Positions 55,357 to 63,934 of a stretch of 64,000 bases of DNA are shown piece after piece. Where the stretch lies: NCBI GenBank assembly GCA_030528145.1, contig JAUMZK010000010.1:2871-66870 (forward strand). The letters are read 5' to 3'. The notes beneath the pieces are model-generated. The model was not told the origin of the DNA and searched no databases. It was given only the letters and a program-made list of their open reading frames with translations. Made by a program: the position numbers and the translations under genes. Within the stretch, counting starts at the first letter, position 1; each line of letters opens with the position of its first letter. This DNA is from Actinomycetaceae bacterium. Its GTDB lineage: Bacteria > Actinomycetota > Actinomycetes > Actinomycetales > Actinomycetaceae.

Positions 55357-58300
55357 TCATAGGCGCCTACTTGCCTGCCACATGCTGATCCCTGCGGCGC
55401 TGATCAGTATGAGACCAATAAGCAGTACCCAAGGTAGGTATCCGCCAGAACTAGGCAGTACGCCAGTAGTGATGTCTGCGACGCGGATGGTCCAAATGGA
55501 TCCCTCATTGGCTACTATGTTGTCGGTGCCGCCGCTGAGGTTTTGCCCTTGCGGGTTGTACAGAGCTATCAGCCCCGAGTGTTTCGCTTCGTCGGTTACC
55601 TCAACTACCGTGTCTTGGTTGTCGTTAGTGTTATTCGCATCCGCAGCAGAAACCGTAAATTTCCACCCGAACGGGAATCTTTCAGTACCGGTAGTACCGG
55701 CGTTTTCTACCGCCAGATAGTAGCTGCCCGGCGGCAGTTCGCCTAAGAAACTGCCGTGAATGCCGCTTTCTGCGGTGAGGGCGAAGCCCGGATCGGTCAC
55801 TTTACGGTAGTTGGTTGGCGTGTCTCCTCCGCCTGGTACGATTTTTTCGTAAACGCTGAAGGTAGCGTTTGGAACTACGTTTCCATCAGCATTGACTTTT
55901 TGGATGCGCATTTTCGCGGCGTTTGACCACACTTCGTGCAAGAAGGCACGCATTGGGTTGGTATCGCTCACTTCTAAAGTGAGCGGCGCTCCTGCGGCAA
56001 TACCTTCCCGGCTAGTCAACAGCTTGGCGTTAGTGAAATCAGGTCTGCCTAGACCGTTATCCGGACCGCCGGCAGCGCGGGCGCGCGGTGCACTACCGAA
56101 CATGCTCAGGTCCAAAGTTATCCTTGAGCTCTTCACCTTAACTACTTTGGTGGCATTCTTCCGCTCTGGTAGTTTGCCCGTAATAGTACAAGTGGATCCT
56201 TTTGGCATTGCGGACATTTGGGTTATTTGCCCTTCTTCTGCCTTTACTTTGCCGCTTGTTACCCAATTGTCGAAGCCGGGGAGACCACTCGGCAACTTAC
56301 ATGTGTAAGTGAAGGTTGTGTCCGATCCGAGGATGAATGCTTCGGCGGCGCGCTTGCCGTTCACGTAGTTGCCCACTTCATAGCTGCTAAGTGGTACCGA
56401 GTAAGTGTTGGTAAACGTAAGCGTAGTGCGCTTGAACTTCGCATCGCCCTCGGAAAGCGTATCCCCACGGTTAAGCTGCACATCACTTACGTCAAGTTTA
56501 GAAGGATCCAGACCGCTAGTGGGATAAGCACGAGTTTCGTCCCAAATATCACCGGTCTTGACTTTAACAATGGCTTCATTCCATCCGGTTAGGATGGCTT
56601 TGTTCCAGGGAGCGAATGGGTCAGCCCCGCCGGCACCTAAGGGCGCCTTTTGGGTGAACTTACAGGTAACGGATTCGGGCAGATTTGGCAGGAGTACCCC
56701 AGGTTCTGTCGTGTCTTTGGCTACCGTCAGATCGCCACTGTAAGTGAGCGGAACTCTAGACGCATTAACGTCGCCTGTAGGCGTCTTAGGATCTGGCACC
56801 ATCAGGTAGTGGTCGGCGCACTCATAGTGAACTGGGTAAGTTTTAATTCCGAGGACGTCGCCCACATTCTTGCTGGCGCTTCCGCCGTCCGCTTTGGAAA
56901 TATTTTGCTTAATCAAGACACGAGCTTGCGGACGGTCCAGTTGCAAGTTCAACTTGAAGTTCAACAAGGCATCATATTTCTGGGTAATCCGATCCTTCAC
57001 TTTTGTATAAGCGCCGGGTACTTTGAATGCGAAGATGGCGTCCTCAGGTGCGCTCGCGTCCGTACGTTTTTGTAGCGATGTGTCGTACCACGGCAAACGC
57101 TTGGGATCTTCGTTGCGAATCACTTCATCTTGGGTGAAGATGCCAGCAGTAACGAAGTTTCCTTCAACTGCTACAGGAATATCGCCCTTAGCTGGGTCTA
57201 TTACCGCTTCCAAGGCGTACACCGGGCTAGCATCGCCATGTGAAAAAGACGCAGGCGCGATGACGCAACTGTAGTCCGTGGGAATTGCAATGTTGGATTC
57301 GCCCTCGGCAGCACCATTCTTAACCGTGAAGTCAATGCTGCCTGTGAGGACTGCAGCAGCGTTGAGCTTTTGGATTTCTTCCAGGTTCGACCCGTCGTTT
57401 GAGGTAAGCTTGGGGGGCTTACAGTATAGGCGCGCCTTGAAAGACTGTCCTTCTGCGAAACGTTCACCGTTAGCGGTGCCACTAGCTTTCAGGCTCACCT
57501 TAACTGCGGTCTTCTGGTACTCGTAGTTGTTCCACGTCACGGCGGTGCCAAAGAAATTTTCTGGCAAGTACTGTGGCACGGTGGCGTTAGGCTGACCAGC
57601 TTTGTTATCAGTTTCCTTCCATAGCGACTTAGTCATGGGTTTGTCGGTTGGCAGGTGGATAGCAATTGCAGCTTCTTTGAAGCGTTCGGCTGGGCTGGCT
57701 CCGGCAGGGATCTTGCCCAGGTACGGACGTGAACAGTACCGATCTGAGTCACGGCATGAACTCAACAGTTTTTCGCCGCCGCGTGCACGGTAACCGTCGT
57801 TGATTTCCCAATAGTGGTTTAGCGACGCCCCTTCATCCGTAGCGCGGTCGTAGTTTTCCGCTAGGGTACAGCTAGCGCCAGCGGGCAAACGGTCGATTGG
57901 GTGTTCTTCACCTTGTTCAAACCGCAGGGTATTCACGGTCAGATTGTCGACCATTTCCCAGGGCGCGTTGACCGCGTCAATGTATTGTTTAGCAGGTTCC
58001 GAGTCAGGGTCGGCTAACGGTGGATTCGCGTCAGCTTTTTTAGTCCATGGCAAAGGTGTGCGTGGTTGCGGAACCGGAATTGCCTTGCCGTTTAGGGTAC
58101 AGCTGATATTGATGGGGAATTGCCATTGCGGAGGAATGCGGGATACGCCTTCGCCACCCACCTTCTTCTTCAGGTTGAAACTAGCGAGCTTGAGCCGGTA
58201 TTCCAAGGGAAGTTGGCTGTTCACAGTTACGTCACGCTGGGTAGCGAACGTACCACCTGTGAACTGCACACCTGACAATTCGGATCCGGGGATCTGCAGG

Positions 58301-61300
58301 TCTGCGGCATCAACTGCCAGCTTACAATCCCAACCCACCGGCAATTCGATAGTGTCGGATTCGAGAGGGGTTGGACCGCGTCGGATCGGCACCGTAAATT
58401 TGACGGTTGCCCCCTCACCTTTGCCACCTTTGTAGGCGCAGCCAAGTGTGGCACTTACTTCCGACTTGGCGGTATTGCCCGCAAAGAAGGCTTTACGGTA
58501 GGCGGCAGGAACTCGCTCCCCTAACAGCTTTTGACTTGTAATTGTGGGGTTGTTTCCGGCAGCGAATTCAGCAGCACCGACGTTAGCCTTTGCTTTTTCT
58601 AAGATGAAAAGATTGGCGGCAGTAGTCAGCTTGAACTGAGTGGTAGCAACTTCATAAGCGTTATTAATAGTGAGCTGTCGAGCTCCATCCGCTCCTGGCG
58701 CACTAAAAGTGAAGGTAGGATTGACCGCATCGCTGCTCTGGTTACCATCGGTGTCGTTAGTGCCATCGGAGAAGAAATTGGTGGTACGATCCAGTTCGGC
58801 AATATTGCCAACCTTAATAGTTACCTTGCATTGCGAATTTGCGGGTAGGTCGGTGTTTTCCAGCTTCGCCTCGCCCCCGTCAGCGATGATTTGCCGTTCG
58901 TTGGTGGGTTTGGTTGCGCCTGCGGTGTAGAATTTTAGTTGGTCGCTGTAGTCAATCCAGTTAGCTTCGTCACCAGTACCACAACGCATTTTCAGGGTGT
59001 ACTTGCCCGGAATCAGGTCGCGTAGCACTTTGCGCGTAAGCGAGGTCTGGTTGTGCATATTTATCGTGATAGACCCAGCTGCGGCGGTTGCGGCAGTAGT
59101 GGTGATAGCCGCTGTAGTGCCGCTCTCGGGGACGACCACTTCAACGTCGGGTGTGCTGACAATGAGCGTCTTGGATATCTTTGCAGCACCATCCACTAAA
59201 GTGGATAGCTTGCAGCGCGTACCTACCGCAAAATCCAACCCTTTGTCGTTCTTCAAAATGATAGCGTGGGCTTCACCAATGTCCCCGGTGAATGTTTTGG
59301 TTATGGTAATGGGGCTAATATTGCCGGGTTCGGTACAGATTGCGGTTACTGTCTTTGACAGTTTCTTCACCTCTTCGAGGTCGCCCGTGTAGTTACTCTT
59401 CACCGTTTCGTGGGTAAACTTTACCGGTGCGCGCTTAAATGTCAGCGTGGTGACGCTGGAAACACGCGTGTCCGTGGCAGTGTCCATAATCGGACCAACT
59501 TGTTGTGTAGCGGGACGCGAGACCACGATTCCCGCGTCTAATCCTTCCGGATTCCCGGTCTCGGTCAGTTCGCATTTAGTTTGCGCGGGCACCCCTGTGA
59601 AGCTGTAGGGGACGCCGGGAACAACCTTGGCTTCCTGGCTAAATAGGGAATCACAGGTTAGTCGCATCGGTATGGGCTTGTTGGCGCCTGCTTTGGCGGC
59701 GTCACCGACCAGGGTTTTGTCCACTATTACGGTGCCGCTTTGGCGCGACACGATCTGTGTTAGCACGATCGTACGCTTATCCGTGTTATTAAGCCAGATG
59801 TAGGGGTTGCACACACTGTAATCGCCAGAGGCAGGCGGCTTTTGCCAGTGAGTGGAGGCACACATGTCCGTAGTAAACTCGTCGTGCAGCTCAAAGCCAG
59901 GAATGCTGAACGGTTTGAAAGTTTTGTCCGCCTCGAAATTAGCGTCGTTTATGGGAGTGTTAGAGGTAATCGCGCAGTGGGTACCAACCGGCCAAGTACC
60001 TAATCTCACCTTCTTGCCGACGACGGCACTGACCGTGCCGGAACCAATAGCAGGGGGCAGACCGCCAATAAGGTCGAAACCAAGCTTTTCTGGCGGATGG
60101 GTGGGGTCGGGCATGTACCGACAGTTGTAGAACACTGGCACTACGGTTCCTGGTTTGGTCAAGTTCTCGTCATAATCGTTCCAGTTGGGGCTTTTTCCGT
60201 CTGGTACTTTGGCCTTGGCGAACCTGGCGTCAACGTAAATTTCGCCTCGCTTGGCTGCAAAGGTAGTCGACGAGCGTAGGCTGCTGATTTGACCTGCGGG
60301 CGCGGTAATGGGCGGTAGCGTCACTACTCCCGTAGTGCTTTGTGTGGCAGCCCGGGTAAAAGTATCCGTGGGATTGTCGGTAGTCTTAGCGCTCCAGTTC
60401 TGACCGTTGAATGTAGTCGTGCGGGTCATTAAGCGGTCCCAGAGGACGCCGTCCACGTCGTATTCACCGCCGTTAAGCGTTTGCAGCTTCGGATTAGTAA
60501 TGTCCTCCTTGATGCTGCATTGTGCCCCTACGGGTAGTTTCCCGAGGTCAATAGCCGGAAAGCTGACTTCGTTCTCAATCCTCAACACTTCCATTGGTTT
60601 CGTGGTGGTGTCGGGTACCAGCACCTTGTTTCCATCTAGGGGATCCTTACAACTGTAGATCAGCTTGAACTTAGAGTGTGCCACATAGGGTCGGATCACT
60701 TCGCTATCATCCGAAATTTCCACGTGCTTCTCAATTTGGGTTTCTTGAAGTGGGCGCGAGTACAAAGAGCACTTGATCGAACCATAAGTGAGGATCTGCT
60801 CTCGCGAAATAGTAAACGCCGCACTGCCGTCTGGGCCGGTGGTCACTTCGGAGGGCCAGAACGCTTCTTTAATTTTGTCCGGATCGTAATGGTATGAACC
60901 TACCGAGCGTTTGTAACCAACGCACCTAGCAACCTTATTTTTGAACCTGGTGTGTAAGAAAGCGCCAGTCTTGGACGGGAACTGAACTTTCACCCCGTCA
61001 GTTAAACCTAAATCTTTGAGCCTGGCTGTCATGCGCCCATCTTCCCCAGTGCGATAGCTTATGGGAGGCAGAGGGGCAGAGCTAGTTGGCGATAACGTAA
61101 TGCGATGGCGCGCGTTCGGTTTAACGTAGCGGTAATCTTGATCTACTAGATCTGAAGTTATGCTCAAGTGTGTATCTTCTAGCAACCAACGCTCAATTGT
61201 GTTTGCGAAGAATCCCATCTGGGTTTCGCCAGTTCCGCGGTTGTACGTACCGTTTTTACTCCAGTACGAACCAGGATTTGAATCGCCAGCATTGGGCAAA

Positions 61301-62517
61301 GCCAGAACTTGCACGTTGGAATTTGTGGAATCTTGCGGCTGCGGTTCCCCAGTTAGTGCTTGCAGCCACTTCTTGCGATAGGAATTACCGTAGTGTACCC
61401 AGTCATTCATGCCCATGGCGCGAATGTCTGCACCCATTTCACGGAGCATTTTCGCTACGCTCAAAGCGCCAGCTCGTCCCGGATTCTTATAGAGGTCAGA
61501 ACTATTCCACCCATAATAATGCCACGTTTCACTGTCCTCGCCGCGATCAACAAACGTGCCTTCTACGTCATGGTCTGATACCCATTTGTCCTGCTTCCAG
61601 TCAGTAATGGGATGCAGATGCCAGTGCGGGTCAGCGACCGTCATCAAAATGATCTTAGAATATAAAGGTCGTGGTTTAAAGTGTTTTAACCCTGTATCGT
61701 CTGGGTTGTCTGCTAGATATTCCTGTCTTTGTTTTTCTTTGTACAAGTACATGTCGCGGTATAAAACACCGAGACCCCATTCCGTATTTCCACCGAAAGT
61801 AGTGTGCAGCCCTTTGCCGTCATTGCTAGCATCAAGTGACCATAGCTTATCTACTACTTTTTGGAAACCGGCAGGATCTGTTAGCGACGTAGGTCCAAGC
61901 GAAGGCGTGTTGTTGTTACTTGATTGCTCTTCTTTCTTCTTGGAGTATTGGTACACGCCTACACGCAAAGGAGTACCTTTGAGACGGTCTATGACTGAAA
62001 CCATCGCAGCATTGGCATCCCAGTTGCGACAGTACCCTTCACTGTTTAAAACCTTATTTTTAGGAAGTCCATTATAGTGTTTGCAATCGGCTGCTTTAGA
62101 ACCTTTGGTACCCGGAACTAACCCACCCATTGTCTGGTAGTTGTATTTGGTCCCAAATTCAAATACTAGGGCTACCGACCCAGCATTCTGACTTACGTTA
62201 GGACGATCAGGGTCAGCAGGCCAGGGGTCTTCAGATGATCCGATAATCGGGTTTTCGCTAGAGCGTTCCTCTGCTGTAGCGGTAGCTGACGCGCGCGCAC
62301 GGAAAACAGCGGGCTGCGGCACCCGTGTTGCCGTATTCCGGTTGGTAAGTATTGATGCGGGAGCGGGCGTATTTCCACCTCTAGGAGACTTAGCGGGGGT
62401 GCTGGGTGCTGAATTCGCCGACGCGTCTAAAGTTACCGCATGGAAAAGAGTAACTACCATGCTTAGTAGTGCCAATAAAGCGATAGACCTCGCACGTCCC
62501 CTACTAGTCAACGTCAA
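55357..62517 (-). CDS. Giant (2386-aa) pilus tip adhesin-like surface protein with many Cys-pair modules and a variant sorting signal LPSSG
   Basis: It has a signal peptide (SIALLALLSMVVTLFHAVTLDASA) and an approximately 500-aa N-terminal globular region. At least 11 tandem modules follow, each bracketed by a conserved Cys...Cys pair. It ends with a CnaB-like domain and the C-terminus LPSSGG, then a hydrophobic segment and SRRL. It is the first gene of the pilin-sortase operon. The start (TTG at 62517 or 62511) is uncertain. Confidence 0.85.
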   Translation of the reverse strand: MTLTSRGRARSIALLALLSMVVTLFHAVTLDASANSAPSTPAKSPRGGNTPAPASILTNRNTATRVPQPAVFRARASATATAEERSSENPIIGSSEDPWPADPDRPNVSQNAGSVALVFEFGTKYNYQTMGGLVPGTKGSKAADCKHYNGLPKNKVLNSEGYCRNWDANAAMVSVIDRLKGTPLRVGVYQYSKKKEEQSSNNNTPSLGPTSLTDPAGFQKVVDKLWSLDASNDGKGLHTTFGGNTEWGLGVLYRDMYLYKEKQRQEYLADNPDDTGLKHFKPRPLYSKIILMTVADPHWHLHPITDWKQDKWVSDHDVEGTFVDRGEDSETWHYYGWNSSDLYKNPGRAGALSVAKMLREMGADIRAMGMNDWVHYGNSYRKKWLQALTGEPQPQDSTNSNVQVLALPNAGDSNPGSYWSKNGTYNRGTGETQMGFFANTIERWLLEDTHLSITSDLVDQDYRYVKPNARHRITLSPTSSAPLPPISYRTGEDGRMTARLKDLGLTDGVKVQFPSKTGAFLHTRFKNKVARCVGYKRSVGSYHYDPDKIKEAFWPSEVTTGPDGSAAFTISREQILTYGSIKCSLYSRPLQETQIEKHVEISDDSEVIRPYVAHSKFKLIYSCKDPLDGNKVLVPDTTTKPMEVLRIENEVSFPAIDLGKLPVGAQCSIKEDITNPKLQTLNGGEYDVDGVLWDRLMTRTTTFNGQNWSAKTTDNPTDTFTRAATQSTTGVVTLPPITAPAGQISSLRSSTTFAAKRGEIYVDARFAKAKVPDGKSPNWNDYDENLTKPGTVVPVFYNCRYMPDPTHPPEKLGFDLIGGLPPAIGSGTVSAVVGKKVRLGTWPVGTHCAITSNTPINDANFEADKTFKPFSIPGFELHDEFTTDMCASTHWQKPPASGDYSVCNPYIWLNNTDKRTIVLTQIVSRQSGTVIVDKTLVGDAAKAGANKPIPMRLTCDSLFSQEAKVVPGVPYSFTGVPAQTKCELTETGNPEGLDAGIVVSRPATQQVGPIMDTATDTRVSSVTTLTFKRAPVKFTHETVKSNYTGDLEEVKKLSKTVTAICTEPGNISPITITKTFTGDIGEAHAIILKNDKGLDFAVGTRCKLSTLVDGAAKISKTLIVSTPDVEVVVPESGTTAAITTTAATAAAGSITINMHNQTSLTRKVLRDLIPGKYTLKMRCGTGDEANWIDYSDQLKFYTAGATKPTNERQIIADGGEAKLENTDLPANSQCKVTIKVGNIAELDRTTNFFSDGTNDTDGNQSSDAVNPTFTFSAPGADGARQLTINNAYEVATTQFKLTTAANLFILEKAKANVGAAEFAAGNNPTITSQKLLGERVPAAYRKAFFAGNTAKSEVSATLGCAYKGGKGEGATVKFTVPIRRGPTPLESDTIELPVGWDCKLAVDAADLQIPGSELSGVQFTGGTFATQRDVTVNSQLPLEYRLKLASFNLKKKVGGEGVSRIPPQWQFPINISCTLNGKAIPVPQPRTPLPWTKKADANPPLADPDSEPAKQYIDAVNAPWEMVDNLTVNTLRFEQGEEHPIDRLPAGASCTLAENYDRATDEGASLNHYWEINDGYRARGGEKLLSSCRDSDRYCSRPYLGKIPAGASPAERFKEAAIAIHLPTDKPMTKSLWKETDNKAGQPNATVPQYLPENFFGTAVTWNNYEYQKTAVKVSLKASGTANGERFAEGQSFKARLYCKPPKLTSNDGSNLEEIQKLNAAAVLTGSIDFTVKNGAAEGESNIAIPTDYSCVIAPASFSHGDASPVYALEAVIDPAKGDIPVAVEGNFVTAGIFTQDEVIRNEDPKRLPWYDTSLQKRTDASAPEDAIFAFKVPGAYTKVKDRITQKYDALLNFKLNLQLDRPQARVLIKQNISKADGGSASKNVGDVLGIKTYPVHYECADHYLMVPDPKTPTGDVNASRVPLTYSGDLTVAKDTTEPGVLLPNLPESVTCKFTQKAPLGAGGADPFAPWNKAILTGWNEAIVKVKTGDIWDETRAYPTSGLDPSKLDVSDVQLNRGDTLSEGDAKFKRTTLTFTNTYSVPLSSYEVGNYVNGKRAAEAFILGSDTTFTYTCKLPSGLPGFDNWVTSGKVKAEEGQITQMSAMPKGSTCTITGKLPERKNATKVVKVKSSRITLDLSMFGSAPRARAAGGPDNGLGRPDFTNAKLLTSREGIAAGAPLTLEVSDTNPMRAFLHEVWSNAAKMRIQKVNADGNVVPNATFSVYEKIVPGGGDTPTNYRKVTDPGFALTAESGIHGSFLGELPPGSYYLAVENAGTTGTERFPFGWKFTVSAADANNTNDNQDTVVEVTDEAKHSGLIALYNPQGQNLSGGTDNIVANEGSIWTIRVADITTGVLPSSGGYLPWVLLIGLILISAAGISMWQASRRL

Positions 62518-62586
62518 CTCCTCTGGGGTTACTTTGCTTGCTCCTTGATTTGCCTCTCACACTGCACAAACGGCAAAACCAATACC

Positions 62587-62614
62587 AGTCTATTCCCCCC
62601 CCCCGAAATCTCAA
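62587..62614 (-). promoter_or_regulatory. Candidate promoter of the tip-adhesin/pilus operon, with a G10 tract inside the -35/-10 spacer
   Basis: The minus strand reads TTGAGA tttcGGGGGGGGGGaa TAGACT. The -35 is at 62609-62614, the 16-nt spacer containing G10 (plus-strand C10) is at 62595-62604, and the -10 is at 62587-62592. It lies about 70 nt upstream of the start codon. Confidence 0.45.
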
Positions 62615-63181
62615 GGCATTTTCGGAAATTTTGCAACATTTTTTCACGAAAGGAAATCTTTCCGCTCAGTAGGCGCTTTCCTCATCCCATTTCCCCAACC
62701 TGGCAGCAAAGACGAAGTAGTCTTATGCGGGACGCTGACATGATACGCACGGGAATAAGACTGCGACCATGCGTGGGCGCATCAGGCGCACAAGCCAACA
62801 ATTGCAGAGCAGGGACACTGTTAAGGGTAGTGGTTTCGATAACGTGTGGGTGATTAGGCGGTGAACAGGCGCGCCGAAAGCGCGACTCATAATCATTACG
62901 GGCAGAAATACAGAATCCCCAAATACTCGCCTTCTGTGCGTGAGCACAGACCCTTTCAGCAATTGCAAATCAATTCGTCACCCCTATCCCACCCTCATCC
63001 TCTCTCAACATCACAGAAAGTGGAACGAGGACTGTAAATCCTGGAAAATAAGGCGCCCAATTACTGAACATAACCTTCACGCGGAAATAACTTAGTAAAG
63101 TTTTTAAAAACGCTTACCATTTGCCGAATGTTTCACATTGATAATTGCGTTTAGATGCAGTTTTAATTGGCTTTCTAGTTT

Positions 63182-63199
63182 TGATTATCATTATCATTC
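63182..63199. promoter_or_regulatory. Fur-family (Fur/Zur-like) box upstream of the His-rich protein gene
   Basis: The reverse complement contains GATAATGATAATCA, 14 contiguous nt identical to the classical Fur-box consensus GATAATGATAATCATTATC. Extra TGAT(A/T)AT half-sites lie at about 63139 and 63233. Confidence 0.4.
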
Positions 63200-63329
63200 G
63201 AGGGAAATAGTATTTTTGTGCAGTTTCAAGGAAATGATTATCGTTTACACTAAACTTGTTTGCCTCACGAAGAATTGTGTAATTTTTGAAAATTTAATGA
63301 CAATTCAGATTTTTTATATTACGCTTTGA

Positions 63330-63346
63330 GTGTCAGTTAATGACAC
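63330..63346. promoter_or_regulatory. Perfect palindrome GTGTCA-N5-TGACAC just upstream of the RBS of the His-rich gene (candidate operator)
   Basis: The sequence is GTGTCAgttaaTGACAC. It lies about 10 nt before the AGGGGG RBS and follows a TATATT -10-like hexamer. Confidence 0.3.
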
Positions 63347-63364
63347 AAATTTTTAGGGGGAAAC

Positions 63365-63658
63365 ATGGAACACAAAGTTCATGAGAATCATACTCACCAG
63401 CATGGCGAGAGGTGCGGACACGCCGCCGTGCCACACGGGGACCACATGGATTATTTGCATGACGGGGAATTGCACCATCCGCACCAGGGTCACTACGACT
63501 GCCAAGAATTCACTGGGCACCAGGTCGCGGAGAACCACGGGGACCACAAGCACGGTAAGGGTTGCGGACACGAAGCCATCCAACACGGCGACCACATGGA
63601 TTATTTGCATGGGCAGCACCGCCATGCCGCCCATGGGGACCATTACGACGAGCACTAG
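63365..63658 (+). CDS. Small histidine-rich metal-binding protein with an internal duplication
   Basis: The 97-aa product has 26 His and 3 Cys. The two repeats are CGHAAVPHGDHMDYLHDGELHHPHQGHYD and CGHEAIQHGDHMDYLHGQHRHAAHGDHYD. The RBS is strong (AGGGGGAAAC ATG). Confidence 0.7.
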   Translation: MEHKVHENHTHQHGERCGHAAVPHGDHMDYLHDGELHHPHQGHYDCQEFTGHQVAENHGDHKHGKGCGHEAIQHGDHMDYLHGQHRHAAHGDHYDEH

Positions 63659-63922
63659 GGGAACTTGTGTCACGTGCGGGTGCATGAGCATACCTTCGCA
63701 CCCGAATTGCGGCGCCAGAATAACACGCCACAGCACCACTAGTGCCTGGGCGTCAGTATTAGCGGTGCCGTAAGAGTAGCTTTAGTAGGCTAAACAGTGA
63801 TGCTAATCACTACTAAGCGCCTAACAGAGATTTTGAGTCGACTATTATCAAGGTGCCAGCAAACTAACCTGCCTGGAGGTCACTGCGCCTGCCGCCCTCA
63901 TAGCCTTAGGACCCGACCTCCA

Positions 63923-63934
63923 CCCCCCCCCCCC
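63923..63934. repeat. C12 homopolymer tract
   Basis: Twelve consecutive C are present. It is intergenic and close to the right edge of the window, so the downstream context is not visible. Confidence 0.9.

Noticed and set aside
63353-63739. 128-aa hydrophobic minus-strand ORF overlapping the His-rich gene
   Set aside because: Its Val/Met richness is the automatic antisense of CAC/CAT His codons. The plus-strand ORF has a strong RBS, an internal protein-level repeat and upstream metal-regulator-like boxes. The call stays formally unresolved without expression data.
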